Positions 9,830 to 21,010 of a stretch of DNA of 32,101 nt are shown one piece after another (within the stretch, counting starts at the first letter, position 1; each line of letters starts with the position of its first letter). Made by a program: the position numbers and the translations under genes. The DNA comes from Octopus bimaculoides (Eukaryota). The stretch is taken from the NCBI RefSeq assembly GCF_001194135.2, contig NC_068986.1, positions 45,505,857-45,537,957 of the forward strand, written 5' to 3'. The notes beneath the pieces were generated by a model. The model was not told the DNA's origin and made no database searches. It saw only the letters and a program-made list of their open reading frames with translations.

Positions 9830-9995
9830 GGTGTAGGAGTGGCTGTGCGGTAAGTAGCTTGCTTACAAACTACATGGTTCTGGGTTCAATCCCACGGCGT
9901 GGCAGCTTAGGCAAGTATCTTCTACTATAGCTTGGGCCTGCCAAAGTCTTGTGAGTGGATTTGGTAGACGGAAACTGAAAGAAGCTCGTCGTATA
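9830..9995 (+). mobile_element. tRNA-derived SINE family E, 5' part with CORE-like segment
   Basis: gtggctgtgcggtaagtagcttgc..gggttcaatcccac..ggcaagtatcttctactatagc..ggatttggtagacggaaactgaaagaagc, then (TA)n. Confidence 0.85.
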
Positions 9996-10050
9996 TATAT
10001 ATATATATATACATATATATTTTTATATACATCATACCGTTACATATATA

Positions 10051-10350
10051 TCTATATATATAAAACTGACAATGTGTGTGTGTGTGTGCGTGTGTCTGTC
10101 TGTCTGTCTGTCTGTATGTGTGCATCACTAAAACTCGAGAACTACTCAACCGATTTCATTCAAATTTTACACATGCCTTACTTAGAGTTCATGTAGTGTC
10201 ATAGGTCAAAAACATTTTCAGCTTCTTGCCTAATACGAGCCCGGAGCAATCTCTTATCTCTTATAGTGTTTCAGTATTACGCGTCAAAAGTGAAACAATA
10301 ACATCTCTATTAATACCTTCACTATTATATGGTTTCAATTTCAATTACTT
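10051..10350 (+). mobile_element. Non-autonomous Helitron-like element, 5' portion
   Basis: Starts a|TCTATATATATAAAA, then a (GT)/(TCTG) microsatellite and aactactcaaccgatttcattcaaatttt, a layout typical of non-autonomous Helitrons. No 3' hairpin-CTAG seen. Confidence 0.55.
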
Positions 10351-10362
10351 TCAATATGTATC

Positions 10363-10397
<35 letters not shown>

Positions 10398-10417
10398 GTG
10401 TATGCATATATCTTTGT

Positions 10418-10455
<38 letters not shown>

Positions 10456-10502
10456 GTGGGTATATATATGTATATATATGTATATATATCTATGTATGTA
10501 TG

Positions 10503-10863
10503 TATAATTATAAGCATATAGAGATCAGCGTGTGGATGCTGATTTTTTCTTATGTGATATTTGATGTTGCATGGTCAGATATGCATGAGTATATTAGCAT
10601 TTTCAGATTTATTATTTTGTATATCATGCTGATGAGTGGAAAATAATTTTATATTCTAATCACGAAACGTCGTACATGATTAACTAACGGCAGGTTTGTT
10701 TTCGTTTATTTTCTCTTCTGTTTTGTTCTATATGTGCCATAAATATCGCCATCTGTTGGAGAAAAAATTGTAGTTAGAATTAGTAGTTCTTTGACTGCTA
10801 TTTCTAAATTTTCAGTATGTTGGTGAAGCAACTCATGCTGATCTCTATATGTTTATAATTATA
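10503..10863. mobile_element. MITE-like element with 30-bp terminal inverted repeats
   Basis: tataattataagcatatagagatcagcgtg (10503-10532) versus catgctgatctctatatgtttataattata (10834-10863), 28/30 complementary. Confidence 0.75.
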
Positions 10864-10962
10864 AATGGCTTACCGATAAAGGTTTTTTTGCATACTGAAC
10901 TACTTGGCAAAATTGTTAATTATTAATTTTATTAACTAATTGGCAATTCCCTGCCCTATATC

Positions 10963-10994
<32 letters not shown>

Positions 10995-11873
10995 TGTATA
11001 TGTATGTGTATGTATGTATATGTATGTAAATGTATGTATACATATGTATATATATGTACAGATATATATGTATATATATNNNNNNNNNNNNNNNNNNNNN
11101 NNNNNNNNNNNNNNNNNNNNNNNNNNNNNNNNNNNNNNNNNNNNNNNNNNNNNNNNNNNNNNNNNNNNNNNNNNNNNNNNNNNNNNNNNNNNNNNNNNNN
11201 NNNNNNNNNNNNNNNNNNNNNNNNNNNNNNNNNNNNNNNNNNNNNNNNNNNNNNNNNNNNNNNNNNNNNNNNNNNNNNNNNNNNNNNNNNNNNNNNNNNN
11301 NNNNNNNNNNNNNNNNNNNNNNNNNNNNNNNNNNNNNNNNNNNNNNNNNNNNNNNNNNNNNNNNNNNNNNNNNNNNNNNNNNNNNNNNNNNNNNNNNNNN
11401 NNNNNNNNNNNNNNNNNNNNNNNNNNNNNNNNNNNNNNNNNNNNNNNNNNNNNNNNNNNNNNNNNNNNNNNNNNNNNNNNNNNNNNNNNNNNNNNNNNNN
11501 NNNNNNNNNNNNNNNNNNNNNNNNNNNNNNNNNNNNNNNNNNNNNNNNNNNNNNNNNNNNNNNNNNNNNNNNNNNNNNNNNNNNNNNNNNNNNNNNNNNN
11601 NNNNNNNNNNNNNNNAAGATTAAGATAGGGTTGCAGTATTTTAAAAATTTACTACCAGTGGCCTAGTATGTATAAAAAATCAAAAGAAAACATATTTTCT
11701 ACATAAGAATGAGTGTACATTTAAACACAAAAGAGGCAACCTTTAACAGGCAATCTTACACACTAGAAAGAACAGTAAAAAAACGTCCAAAACCACATTT
11801 AAGAGCAATTTCGAAGGGAATGAAAAATAAAAACTTTTATCTTGTTAATTTACTGCCAGACCTAGGTTTCAAA

Positions 11874-12600
11874 TTGGAGGTGGTCCCGTTGGAGGTGGTC
11901 CCGTTGGCCATCACTACCTGACATCTATCTTTCAGAAAGTCATGTTACCATTATCCAAGCTTTCCGACTAAGCCAAGGTCACGCAGCTTGTGATATATCG
12001 TACCTTGGCTTTATCAAAGGCTTTTGTAGAGTCAAGCTGTATCACGTCCATATTTGAGTTGTTGAGCAGCTTTTTAAACAACCAGTCTTAGTACTGCAAG
12101 ATCTGTGCCAGTCAGCTTCTACCTGGTCGAATACCGTGATGGTTGTCAGTCAGCAAGTTATTCTCTTCAAGGAATGTAATCAGTTTCCTTCGGACTATTC
12201 GTTCTAGGACTTAGCTGATGTACAAGGTCAGAGAGATAGGCCTATAGTTTTCAGCATCTGCTCAGCTTCCTCCTTTATGAATAGGGCATATTGCCTCATT
12301 CAATTTTGCTCAGGAACTTACCATTGGCAAGGAAGCTCTGAAAAAGAGGCTGCAGTGGTTTTGCAAAGGCTCGTTTGTATGCCTTGAGAAATATTGCTGG
12401 GAATCCATGGGGCCCAGCAACTGAGTTTGCATCTACATCATCTATTGTCAGTATTACATCCTCTTCTATGATGTTGATGAAATCAATTGTTACTGCCACC
12501 CTTTCTACATCTGTAGTGTTAAGAAAACTTCAGGTTTGCTAACTTGTATGTGCCGCAAGGGTGGGGTGTTTCTCTTATCCTCATTGGGTTTCCCGTGAGA
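11874..12600 (-). mobile_element. CR1/L2-group LINE RT fragment
   Basis: SVAGPHGFPAIFLK..FAKPLQPLFQSFL, ENYRPISLT..ERIVRRKLITFLEEN, HGIRPGRSC, LDSTKAFDK, HKLRDLGLVGK..FLKDRCQVVMANGTTS, with stops and frameshifts. Confidence 0.85.
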
Positions 12601-12682
12601 GAACCATCTCTTTAAAGGAGTGACACTACCTTGCAACGCACGCAAGCAATTTCTTTGGCGGACATAAAGAAGACTTTAAGGT

Positions 12683-12685
12683 TTG

Positions 12686-12723
<38 letters not shown>

Positions 12724-12737
12724 TATAATATATACAC

Positions 12738-12770
<33 letters not shown>

Positions 12771-12783
12771 ATATATATATATA

Positions 12784-12820
<37 letters not shown>

Positions 12821-12850
12821 ATATGTGTTTGTGTGTATATATATTTACAC
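12683..12850. repeat. Compound (TA)/(CA)/(TG) microsatellite, roughly palindromic
   Basis: (CA)n arm and (TG)n arm around a (TA)n centre. Confidence 0.85.
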
Positions 12851-12884
12851 ACGCACAGACATAACAGAAGTAAATAGACATCCT

Positions 12885-13450
12885 TATAGTCAGTAAAACT
12901 TATTTAAATCTGAAATTATACATTCAAATTATTTATATATCTAATATTTAGTAGACATGCCCTTTGCATTTTTCAATGCAAGATCCTATAAAGCATGCTA
13001 CTGATCAGGTGATGAATATTCTCTTACGGAATTTCTTGCCAAGTTTCATGCAGTAATCTCAAAAGATCTGGCTTTGAGGATGCTTTCCTGTTCTTTTTAT
13101 GAAATGTCCTGTCCATTATGCCCCATAGGTGTTCAATAGGGTTCATATCTGGTGACTGGCTTGGTTATGGAAGTTTTTAAATACCATTCTTTTCCAACCG
13201 ACCTTGGATCTTTTTAGCCCTTTGACAAGAAGCCCTGTGACAAGGAGCCACATCTTCCATAAATAAAAAGTCTTCTTTAATTATTTCACCATTGGAGAAG
13301 TTTGGAAGGAGTCCTTTCCGCAATATGAACACATATTTATCTGAGTTTATGTTTCCATCACACTCCACCAGCTCTGAATATCCATTGCTCCAAATTGCTC
13401 CCCAGACCATCACAGAAAAGCTGTCACTTATTTTCTTAACGAAATATTTT
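12885..13450 (-). mobile_element. Tc1-family transposase C-terminal remnant
   Basis: [47 protein letters not shown] (stop at 12941-12943). Confidence 0.9.
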
Positions 13451-13748
13451 CAAACTTGGGACACTGGTAGAATGTGTTATATAAAATATCTTTTACTCTT
13501 AGTGTTATTAAGAAAATTTTATCTTTTTAAAGTTATTTCATGCTAAAATTGTCGTATTTCGGTAATTTCAACCAATCACTGACGTCTATTGAAGTGAAAA
13601 CAATTACTGCTATGGAATGTAAACAACACGTTGTGCGGTGTAATGGGATCTTTTCCCTTGAATAAAATTAGTGCCGTTGTTTGTCTACAACAACTATCGG
13701 TGGTACTGTTATTTATGACATCGTTCGTGCGTTTGTATTGGTTTTAGC

Positions 13749-13810
13749 TTTAGGGTTTTAGGGTTAGGGTTCGGGTTTTAGAGTTAGGGGTCAGGGTTAG
13801 GATTAGGGTT
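13749..13810 (+). repeat. Degenerate (TTAGGG)n interstitial telomere-like tract
   Basis: tttagggttttagggttagggttcgggt..gttaggggtcagggttaggattagggtt. Confidence 0.75.
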
Positions 13811-14666
13811 ATGAGTATTTTTGCCAAAATACAAATTTTTTTTATCTGTTCTATTACACAAAATATACAAGNNNNNNNNNNNNNNNNNNNNNNNNNNNNN
13901 NNNNNNNNNNNNNNNNNNNNNNNNNNNNNNNNNNNNNNNNNNNNNNNNNNNNNNNNNNNNNNNNNNNNNNNNNNNNNNNNNNNNNNNNNNNNNNNNNNNN
14001 NNNNNNNNNNNNNNNNNNNNNNNNNNNNNNNNNNNNNNNNNNNNNNNNNNNNNNNNNNNNNNNNNNNNNNNNNNNNNNNNNNNNNNNNNNNNNNNNNNNN
14101 NNNNNNNNNNNNNNNNNNNNNNNNNNNNNNNNNNNNNNNNNNNNNNNNNNNNNNNNNNNNNNNNNNNNNNNNNNNNNNNNNNNNNNNNNNNNNNNNNNNN
14201 NNNNNNNNNNNNNNNNNNNNNNNNNNNNNNNNNNNNNNNNNNNNNNNNNNNNNNNNNNNNNNNNNNNNNNNNNNNNNNNNNNNNNNNNNNNNNNNNNNNN
14301 NNNNNNNNNNNNNNNNNNNNNNNNNNNNNNNNNNNNNNNNNNNNNNNNNNNNNNNNNNNNNNNNNNNNNNNNNNNNNNNNNNNNNNNNNNNNNNNNNNNN
14401 NNNNNNNNNNNNNNNNNNNNNNNNNNNNNNNNNNNNNNNNNNNNNNNNNNNNNNNNNNNNNNNNNNNNNNNNNNNNNNNNNNNNNNNNNNNNNNNNNNNN
14501 NNNNNNNNNNNNNNNNNNNNNNNNNNNNNNNNNNNNNNNNNNNNNNNNNNNNNNNNNNNNNNNNNNACACACACACACACACACACACACAGACACACAG
14601 ACAGACACACACACATTTGAAAAAATGAATAGAGATGGCTTTTGTGGGGATTCCAGCAAAGAAGAT

Positions 14667-14692
14667 CTGAAGAAGGAATTGTAATTCCGAAA
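14667..14692 (+). ncRNA. Hammerhead core plus stem II, decayed (stem I not recoverable)
   Basis: CTGAAGA a ggaat-tgta-attcc GAAA. Confidence 0.45.
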
Positions 14693-14854
14693 TATCATCG
14701 GACTATAGATAACCAAATTACAACAGGTATATAGTCCATTTTTTGTTCTATAGTGCATTGTTGTACCATTCTAAACTTTTTATTCTTTAATGATAATGTT
14801 TACAGTTACTCTAATAAGTTTCGAGCTTTTCGGTAGCCGTTTTTAAACTCCTTT

Positions 14855-16935
14855 CTTCATTAACCATTACGGTGAAGATATGGAGTGGATGACACAAAGA
14901 CAGACAAGTGGTCGGGGGGCAAATGAAACAACAACATGAAGATATACATAATTGAAAAAAAAACAATGATGAATAGTTAGAGAATCAAATGAAAGAACAA
15001 TAATGAAGTGAGGCACGTGACTGACCCCACAAACCACATTCCAGCACTGAATTCCTTGGTAGACTCTTTAATTCCTCGCTTGAACAGGTTCATTCACTCT
15101 CAACACGCTTGCTACAGTCTTCCATCTTTTCCGAAACAGGTATTTCTTCTCCATCCTTATTTTTCTTTTCATGTGGAAAAGGAAAAAATGTTAACCAAAC
15201 AAAGGCTGGAGATGAAAATGCCTGTCACGATCCTTTTCCCTCTCGTCTTCCACATTACCTCCTTCGCGGTAGCTACTACACAGAGGAAACAAGCTTACCT
15301 TTCCTTATTCAAGGGAGACGGCGGAACAATCTTAATTATAGATTCAGTTGACAGTTGTACTCTCCTCAGATGTGACAACACTTGTTCGACATAAACCTAA
15401 AGTTCCGATATCTTTGGACATTGCACAATTGCGTGCAGGACAGTTTCATTGTCTCGCATGCATTTTGGACAAGTTAGTGTAGATGAAGAACCATGCCTAA
15501 AGAGTTTGTACGGAACAGGTAAAGCACTTTTGTAACATTGCCATGCCAGGGACTTTTGGAAATTGTCCAAAGGCCCTGGCACGAATGTTCTTCGGTACAG
15601 GCTGTTGAGTTGACTGTCATAGAAGCCTAGGGTTTTTCTACGGCGTCGTCACACTTGAACTCTACTAACTCTCTATAAAAGGACGAGGTGGAATCCCCGC
15701 CGCCGGCGTTGCTCGCTTGAGAGAGAAGCACGGGAGCCTGATGACACTCTGCTTGCCAAGCTCCCAACTTCGGTCTACGCTTAATCCATGGGTCCAGTTC
15801 AGTAAACGAGGTGAATCGTAGAAACAACAGTCTGACGAACGGAGACCACACCTGCATACCGTCCAGGTAGACCCAGAGGTGACTCAGCCTCAGCGCATGC
15901 CTGTGCATTTTTAGCCACGGCATCCCCAGCCTACCCTTCAGCAATTGTCGGCAACAATTAGAACGTCTTACAAGAGGTCCCCTGCCCCTCCACAAAAAGC
16001 GGAAGAGCATGCGTTCCAACTTGTTCATCCACGAATCGGGGAAAGTCACGGTGATCAGGCGGTAGGTAATAACATGCGATGAACACAACTGCAACCTCCG
16101 CCCCCCCTTTCAGGGATAGCTTCCGCTCAGACCAGGTCTGAGTTAGGAGAGCAACCCTGCTCACCACTGCACTCCAGTTCTTCTCTGTCTGGACCAAACC
16201 AGACCCCTAGCATTTTCACCGGTCCGTCGATTCAGCGACCCACGACGCTGATGGGAGGGATCAACTTGCCCCTGCAGGTGCCGAGTTGTAAGCCGACCGA
16301 TTTATCCCGGTTAATTTTTGCTCCTGCCACAGCTTCGTAATCCCTTAGGGCCTCACCTACGCGCTGTAGGTCTTCGACCCGGGATACGATGACGGTGATG
16401 TCATCCGCATACGCCAAAACCGATTTTTCGAACCCTACATCTCGTGGGATGCCCCTCATAGCCTCCAACTTTTGCAGCAATGACTCGAGAGCCAAAACGT
16501 AGAGAAGTGGAGAGAGAGAGAGAGGACACCTTTGCCGTACCGATCGCTCTATGTAGAACGGTTCCGAAGAAAAACCGTTCACCCGAACAATCGATTCAAT
16601 GTTGCTATACAAAACGGTGATCCAGCCACGGAAGGTTGGGCCAAACCCGGCCGCCACAAGGCGGAAAGGATCGATGGGCCACGCTTTCGCGGTCCGTATT
16701 CGTACGCTTTCGATTAGTCTAAATGGACCATAGCTCCACTCTTGCCAGGAATTCTATCTTCCGTCTCTATGGTATAACCTAGAAGGTAGAGATTATCGTG
16801 AATCGACTTGCTAGGGATGGCGCATGTTTGCGCCTCCCCAACAAGACTATCCACAACCCGCGCCAACCTTTTTTGCTAATACCTTGGGGGCCTAAAATGG
16901 GCCTAAAATTATCAATTACATCCCCCTTGTAGTAA
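14855..16935 (-). mobile_element. L1/Tx1-clade LINE, 5'-truncated and decayed
   Basis: KGDVIDNFRP, KVLAKRLARVVDSLVGEAQTCAIP, SVRQRCPLSLSPLLYVL, AYADDITV, KINRDKS, LFRFLWRG..GRLGMP, CCHC knuckle CPKCMRDNETVLHAIVQC, C-terminus and an AT-rich UTR. The 3' boundary is approximate. Confidence 0.92.
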
Positions 16936-17073
16936 AGATTGTTTGCCAACAACATAGCAGTCCTGGTTTAGGACTAATGTTGCTGTAATTCATCTCCAGG
17001 AGACATCGTCTCCAGCTGGCTATACGAACAAGGTGGGTGTGTGTGGGTGTGTGTGTGGGGGGGTAGTATCTGT

Positions 17074-17145
17074 AATTATAGGCCCATAACTCTACTTAAT
17101 GTAGAGTTAAAGATTTTGGCCAAGGTGTTAGCAAAAAAGGTTGAC
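17074..17145 (+). mobile_element. Short Tx1 RT piece in inverted orientation
   Basis: Encodes NYRPITLLNVELKILAKVLAK; homologous to minus-strand 16863-16920. Confidence 0.8.
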
Positions 17146-17149
17146 GGTG

Positions 17150-18316
17150 TTAGCAAAAAGATCACACAGCAGAAAGTGTGGTAAAGTGTCTCTGAGGATG
17201 TTATTTGTCGGCATGGCTGTATAAAAATTCTGATAAATGACCAAAGAAGAGAATTTGTAAACAGAGTGTCTGCAGAACTACATAAACTGACAGGAACACA
17301 GCAGCACATAACAAGTGCTTCCCTTTCTGTCCTCTCGAATTATGTGGTTGAGGTGGTGTGTTCATCTTTCCAATAAAACCTCTCTAAAATTTTAGCCCGT
17401 GTTCTGTCGACACCAAGATGACTTCCCAAGCAGCGGGCATTATCATTATCTCCCCAGGCCATGTGAATCTACTATAATAATGCTCTTGTGTTTTTCTCCG
17501 TTACAAGATATGAATGAGAAAGCGAATGGCCACGTGGAGCGACAGAATCGCACTATAAAAGATGCTTTTATCAATTCCTTTGAGGACCATGGCAACTGGG
17601 TTGAATGCTTACCAGCAGTTCTGTTTGCGTATCGAACAAACCAAACATTCTTCAACACATTTTACCCAATTTCAAATTTTATACAGCAGGCAAGCTACAC
17701 TTCCAGTTGAGCTACAGCACAACCCAACTGCCAAAGATAAGGACAGTTTTGGAAATGGTCAATCTATATCCATAAAATTGAAGTTATGACAGCTATTCGG
17801 GACTGTATGATTTCTCGAGTTGCCTTCAATATTAGAATAGCTCAGTCTGTTCAAAAGAACAATACGATAGTAAACATGAGCAACAGCAGCTCAGTACTGA
17901 AAATAAAGTTCTACTCAAAAACCTAATTCGAGAACACAGAAAGGGAAGACATTTTATGGAACGCTGCACAGGTCCTTCCACTGTTGCAGAAGTTTGTGGC
18001 AAAAATACTTATCGACTTTCAAATAACAATAAAGTAGTAGAAAAGAACTTAAATGCTACCAACCTCACTCGATATATTGAGCAACCACTAGCAATTGGAA
18101 AACGAAAAGGAAATTACGAAAATCAAAATACCCAAGCTCCAAGTTGAAAAAAAGGAAACCGCAGCGATGTTTTAATGTATATAAATATATTTCATTACCA
18201 ATTTAAAGTGTATAAATAAATTTTGGTTTGTATGTAAAACATTGTTCTTCAAATCAATCTCTTATCGATACATTCTGTCAACTCAATTCAGTCCACTATA
18301 AACAATATCCATCTGC

Positions 18317-18320
<4 letters not shown>
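17150..18320 (+). mobile_element. Gypsy-type DDE integrase remnant with GPY/F domain (Ginger/GIN-like DNA transposon or Gypsy 3' end)
   Basis: DVICRHGCIKILINDQRREFVNRVSAELHKLTGTQQHITSA | about 200-bp interruption | ANGHVERQNRTIK..WVECLPAVLFAYRT..PFQILY, TGPSTVAEVCGKNTYRL; ends ..tgctACA directly against (TA)n. Confidence 0.8.
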
Positions 18321-18355
<35 letters not shown>

Positions 18356-19140
18356 CAAATAAAAGGGTAAAGGATTATTAATTTATCAATAAATTAATAA
18401 TTAATAATTTTTACCAAGCACTTCGGTATCTAAACACCATTATCGGTGAAGAACTTATTTAAAAGTTCTTATAAATTTATAAACNNNNNNNNNNNNNNNN
18501 NNNNNNNNNNNNNNNNNNNNNNNNNNNNNNNNNNNNNNNNNNNNNNNNNNNNNNNNNNNNNNNNNNNNNNNNNNNNNNNNNNNNNNNNNNNNNNNNNNNN
18601 NNNNNNNNNNNNNNNNNNNNNNNNNNNNNNNNNNNNNNNNNNNNNNNNNNNNNNNNNNNNNNNNNNNNNNNNNNNNNNNNNNNNNNNNNNNNNNNNNNNN
18701 NNNNNNNNNNNNNNNNNNNNNNNNNNNNNNNNNNNNNNNNNNNNNNNNNNNNNNNNNNNNNNNNNNNNNNNNNNNNNNNNNNNNNNNNNNNNNNNNNNNN
18801 NNNNNNNNNNNNNNNNNNNNNNNNNNNNNNNNNNNNNNNNNNNNNNNNNNNNNNNNNNNNNNNNNNNNNNNNNNNNNNNNNNNNNNNNNNNNNNNNNNNN
18901 NNNNNNNNNNNNNNNNNNNNNNNNNNNNNNNNNNNNNNNNNNNNNNNNNNNNNNNNNNNNNNNNNNNNNNNNNNNNNNNNNNNNNNNNNNNNNNNNNNNN
19001 NNNNNNNNNNNNNNNNNNNNNNNNNNNNNNNNNNNNNNNNNNNNNNNNTTACAGTCTTGAATGTAATCCGTGTATAATGTTATAAAAATATCAGGGGTTA
19101 TAAGTCTTAGAATTTATTATTTTAGCAGAATCATTGATGG

Positions 19141-19243
19141 GGTAATGTGAACTGCGGGGGATGGGGTGGGGGAGGTGGGAGATGTCATTTGATATCGGTT
19201 TCAGGTTATCCCGCCTGTAATCTGAAATCGATTTCACATTACC
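19141..19243. other. Interrupted inverted repeat (hairpin) with G-rich insert
   Basis: Arms 19141-19151/19233-19243 and 19194-19208/19218-19232; G runs at 19156-19179. Confidence 0.65.
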
Positions 19244-19344
19244 GGGAAGTAGTTTGAAATGGGGTGGGGTGGGGGGTAACTTGAAATCTTTACATAATCA
19301 ATATGTAAATATGTGGTTGAGGTGGTGTGTTCATTGAACTGTTG

Positions 19345-20902
19345 ATGCATACAACCAAGTGTGTATACCTATATTTATCTAAAGAATCTCATATAGAGGA
19401 TCTTTGGATTGTCTTGCAAATCTTCATCATGCCGCTTCTTTTGCTTGTTCTTCGAAAAATATCTATTTCTAGGTTTTTGTGTAAATCTTTAGGTACGTTG
19501 CCTAATGCACTTATGATGATAGGTACAAATGACGACTCTATAGCCAGAGTACAAGAGCTGCAAGTTCCGTATTAATTCACCATGAATGTTCTCTTCTCCT
19601 GGACTTTTGATGGAACATTCATATCTGCTGGGAAGCAGACCTCTACAACAGTGCATGACTTTTGTCCCCTGTCCCACAGAACAATATCAGAATAATAATT
19701 GGGTGTTTGCACCTAATTGCAGTTTTTATTAAAGTAGTCCACCAGTATCACTTGTTCTTAAAGGTGTGAATACATTCTGGTTCTGACGTGTCTTTGATAT
19801 ACTAATCAAGAGAGTCCGTCTTGCGGATAGCATTGTAAAAAGTCTTTGAAACCATATCATGCTTCAGGAGTAGATAGTGTCTCGTAGACGTTTTGGGACA
19901 GCTGCTGATAACGTGGGTGATATCTTCTACACTAGTATAGCACAGCCAACACTTTCTATCACAACGTGGAGGTGTGGTGGTGTCTCTATCATTCTTGTTT
20001 ATCAGGTATCTCCTGTTCGTGGATAGCGAAGGCATATCCCTCTAAGTGGGATGTAATGTATCTAACACAGTACAAGAGGCTACTCGTACTTTCGATGGTG
20101 CTATTGTCCTCTAGCTTACAGGATGCATTGCTTTTTGCTGATATGGCTCCGAATTTCTATTTAGGTAGGCCAGTCAAACCTCTTTGAGATGCATGAGACA
20201 GTTGTATTCTCAGAACATCTTCTCAGTAGTTCCCCAACCCTGAAGATGTTGCTCTCACTTTTGAGTATGCATGTTGCATGTAATGTTCTCATTTCTTTCT
20301 TTCTGTTTAACATGTGTTGTCCGAGTGATACAATGCAAGATTCAAAGGCTGTCTGGACTGAACTTATACATCTACTGCCTTCTCTTCGTCTCACATAGAT
20401 CCTTTCGATGACATTGTTGATGTGGAAGTTGTTAATGGTGGTCAGTATCTTTCTAATTTTGATATCCAGGCTGCAAATCTCGTCAAGAGTCCAGTCCAGT
20501 ATCCCAAATGTTGACACTAGCACTGGCATTGTGAGATATGCTCTTGTTAAGTGCACACAGCTCTGAGTTCCATATTTTTCAGAGTTTGCAGAAGTACTCT
20601 TTGGTTTTAGTACTTCTGGTTTTAGTCTCAGCACCAAGGTATGCAACGTTCTCGTCGATTCCATGATACTTATTGTTTTTATCATTAGAAGTAGGGGTGA
20701 TAGACAAGCCATTGACAAACATGTTCTCTGTCTGGCTGACAACCCTTCATGTATGAGCATTTATCTTGCCCAAACTCCATTTCTATGTCGCGTGAAAATG
20801 TGACTTGTTCTAATTGTCTCTTGATATTGTTCATATTGCCAGAATATAACTTTAGGTCATCAACAAAAAATGTGAGAGGCATTAATTTTATTCTTGTCTG
20901 CA
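19345..20902 (-). mobile_element. R4/Dong-clade non-LTR retrotransposon with restriction-like endonuclease, 5'-truncated
   Basis: FVDDLKLY (RT), FGQDKC, MPVLVSTFGILDWT..LDIKIRKILT, CCHC CWLC..EDITHVISSC, KHD motif, DIVLWD..CTVVE (RLE), KICKT C-terminus. 5' junction abuts (CATA)n at 20903-20937. Confidence 0.9.
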
Positions 20903-20904
20903 TG

Positions 20905-20936
<32 letters not shown>

Positions 20937-20937
20937 T

Positions 20938-21010
20938 CAGTGGCGGCTCGTGGTTAAAATTAGTGAGGGTGCTGCTTCAGAAAAATTTTGCCTTTGTCTT
21001 AATATTGTGT
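20938..21010 (+). mobile_element. Possible hAT-like terminus
   Basis: CAGTGGCGGCTCGTG next to (TATG)n; no partner TIR found in the window. Confidence 0.25.

Noticed and set aside
14790-14870. Minus-strand hammerhead-like gctcGAAActtattagaGTA
   Set aside because: No CTGANGA core at the right position.
16960-17030. Endonuclease-like peptide NVAVIHLQET
   Set aside because: Too short and without supporting motifs.
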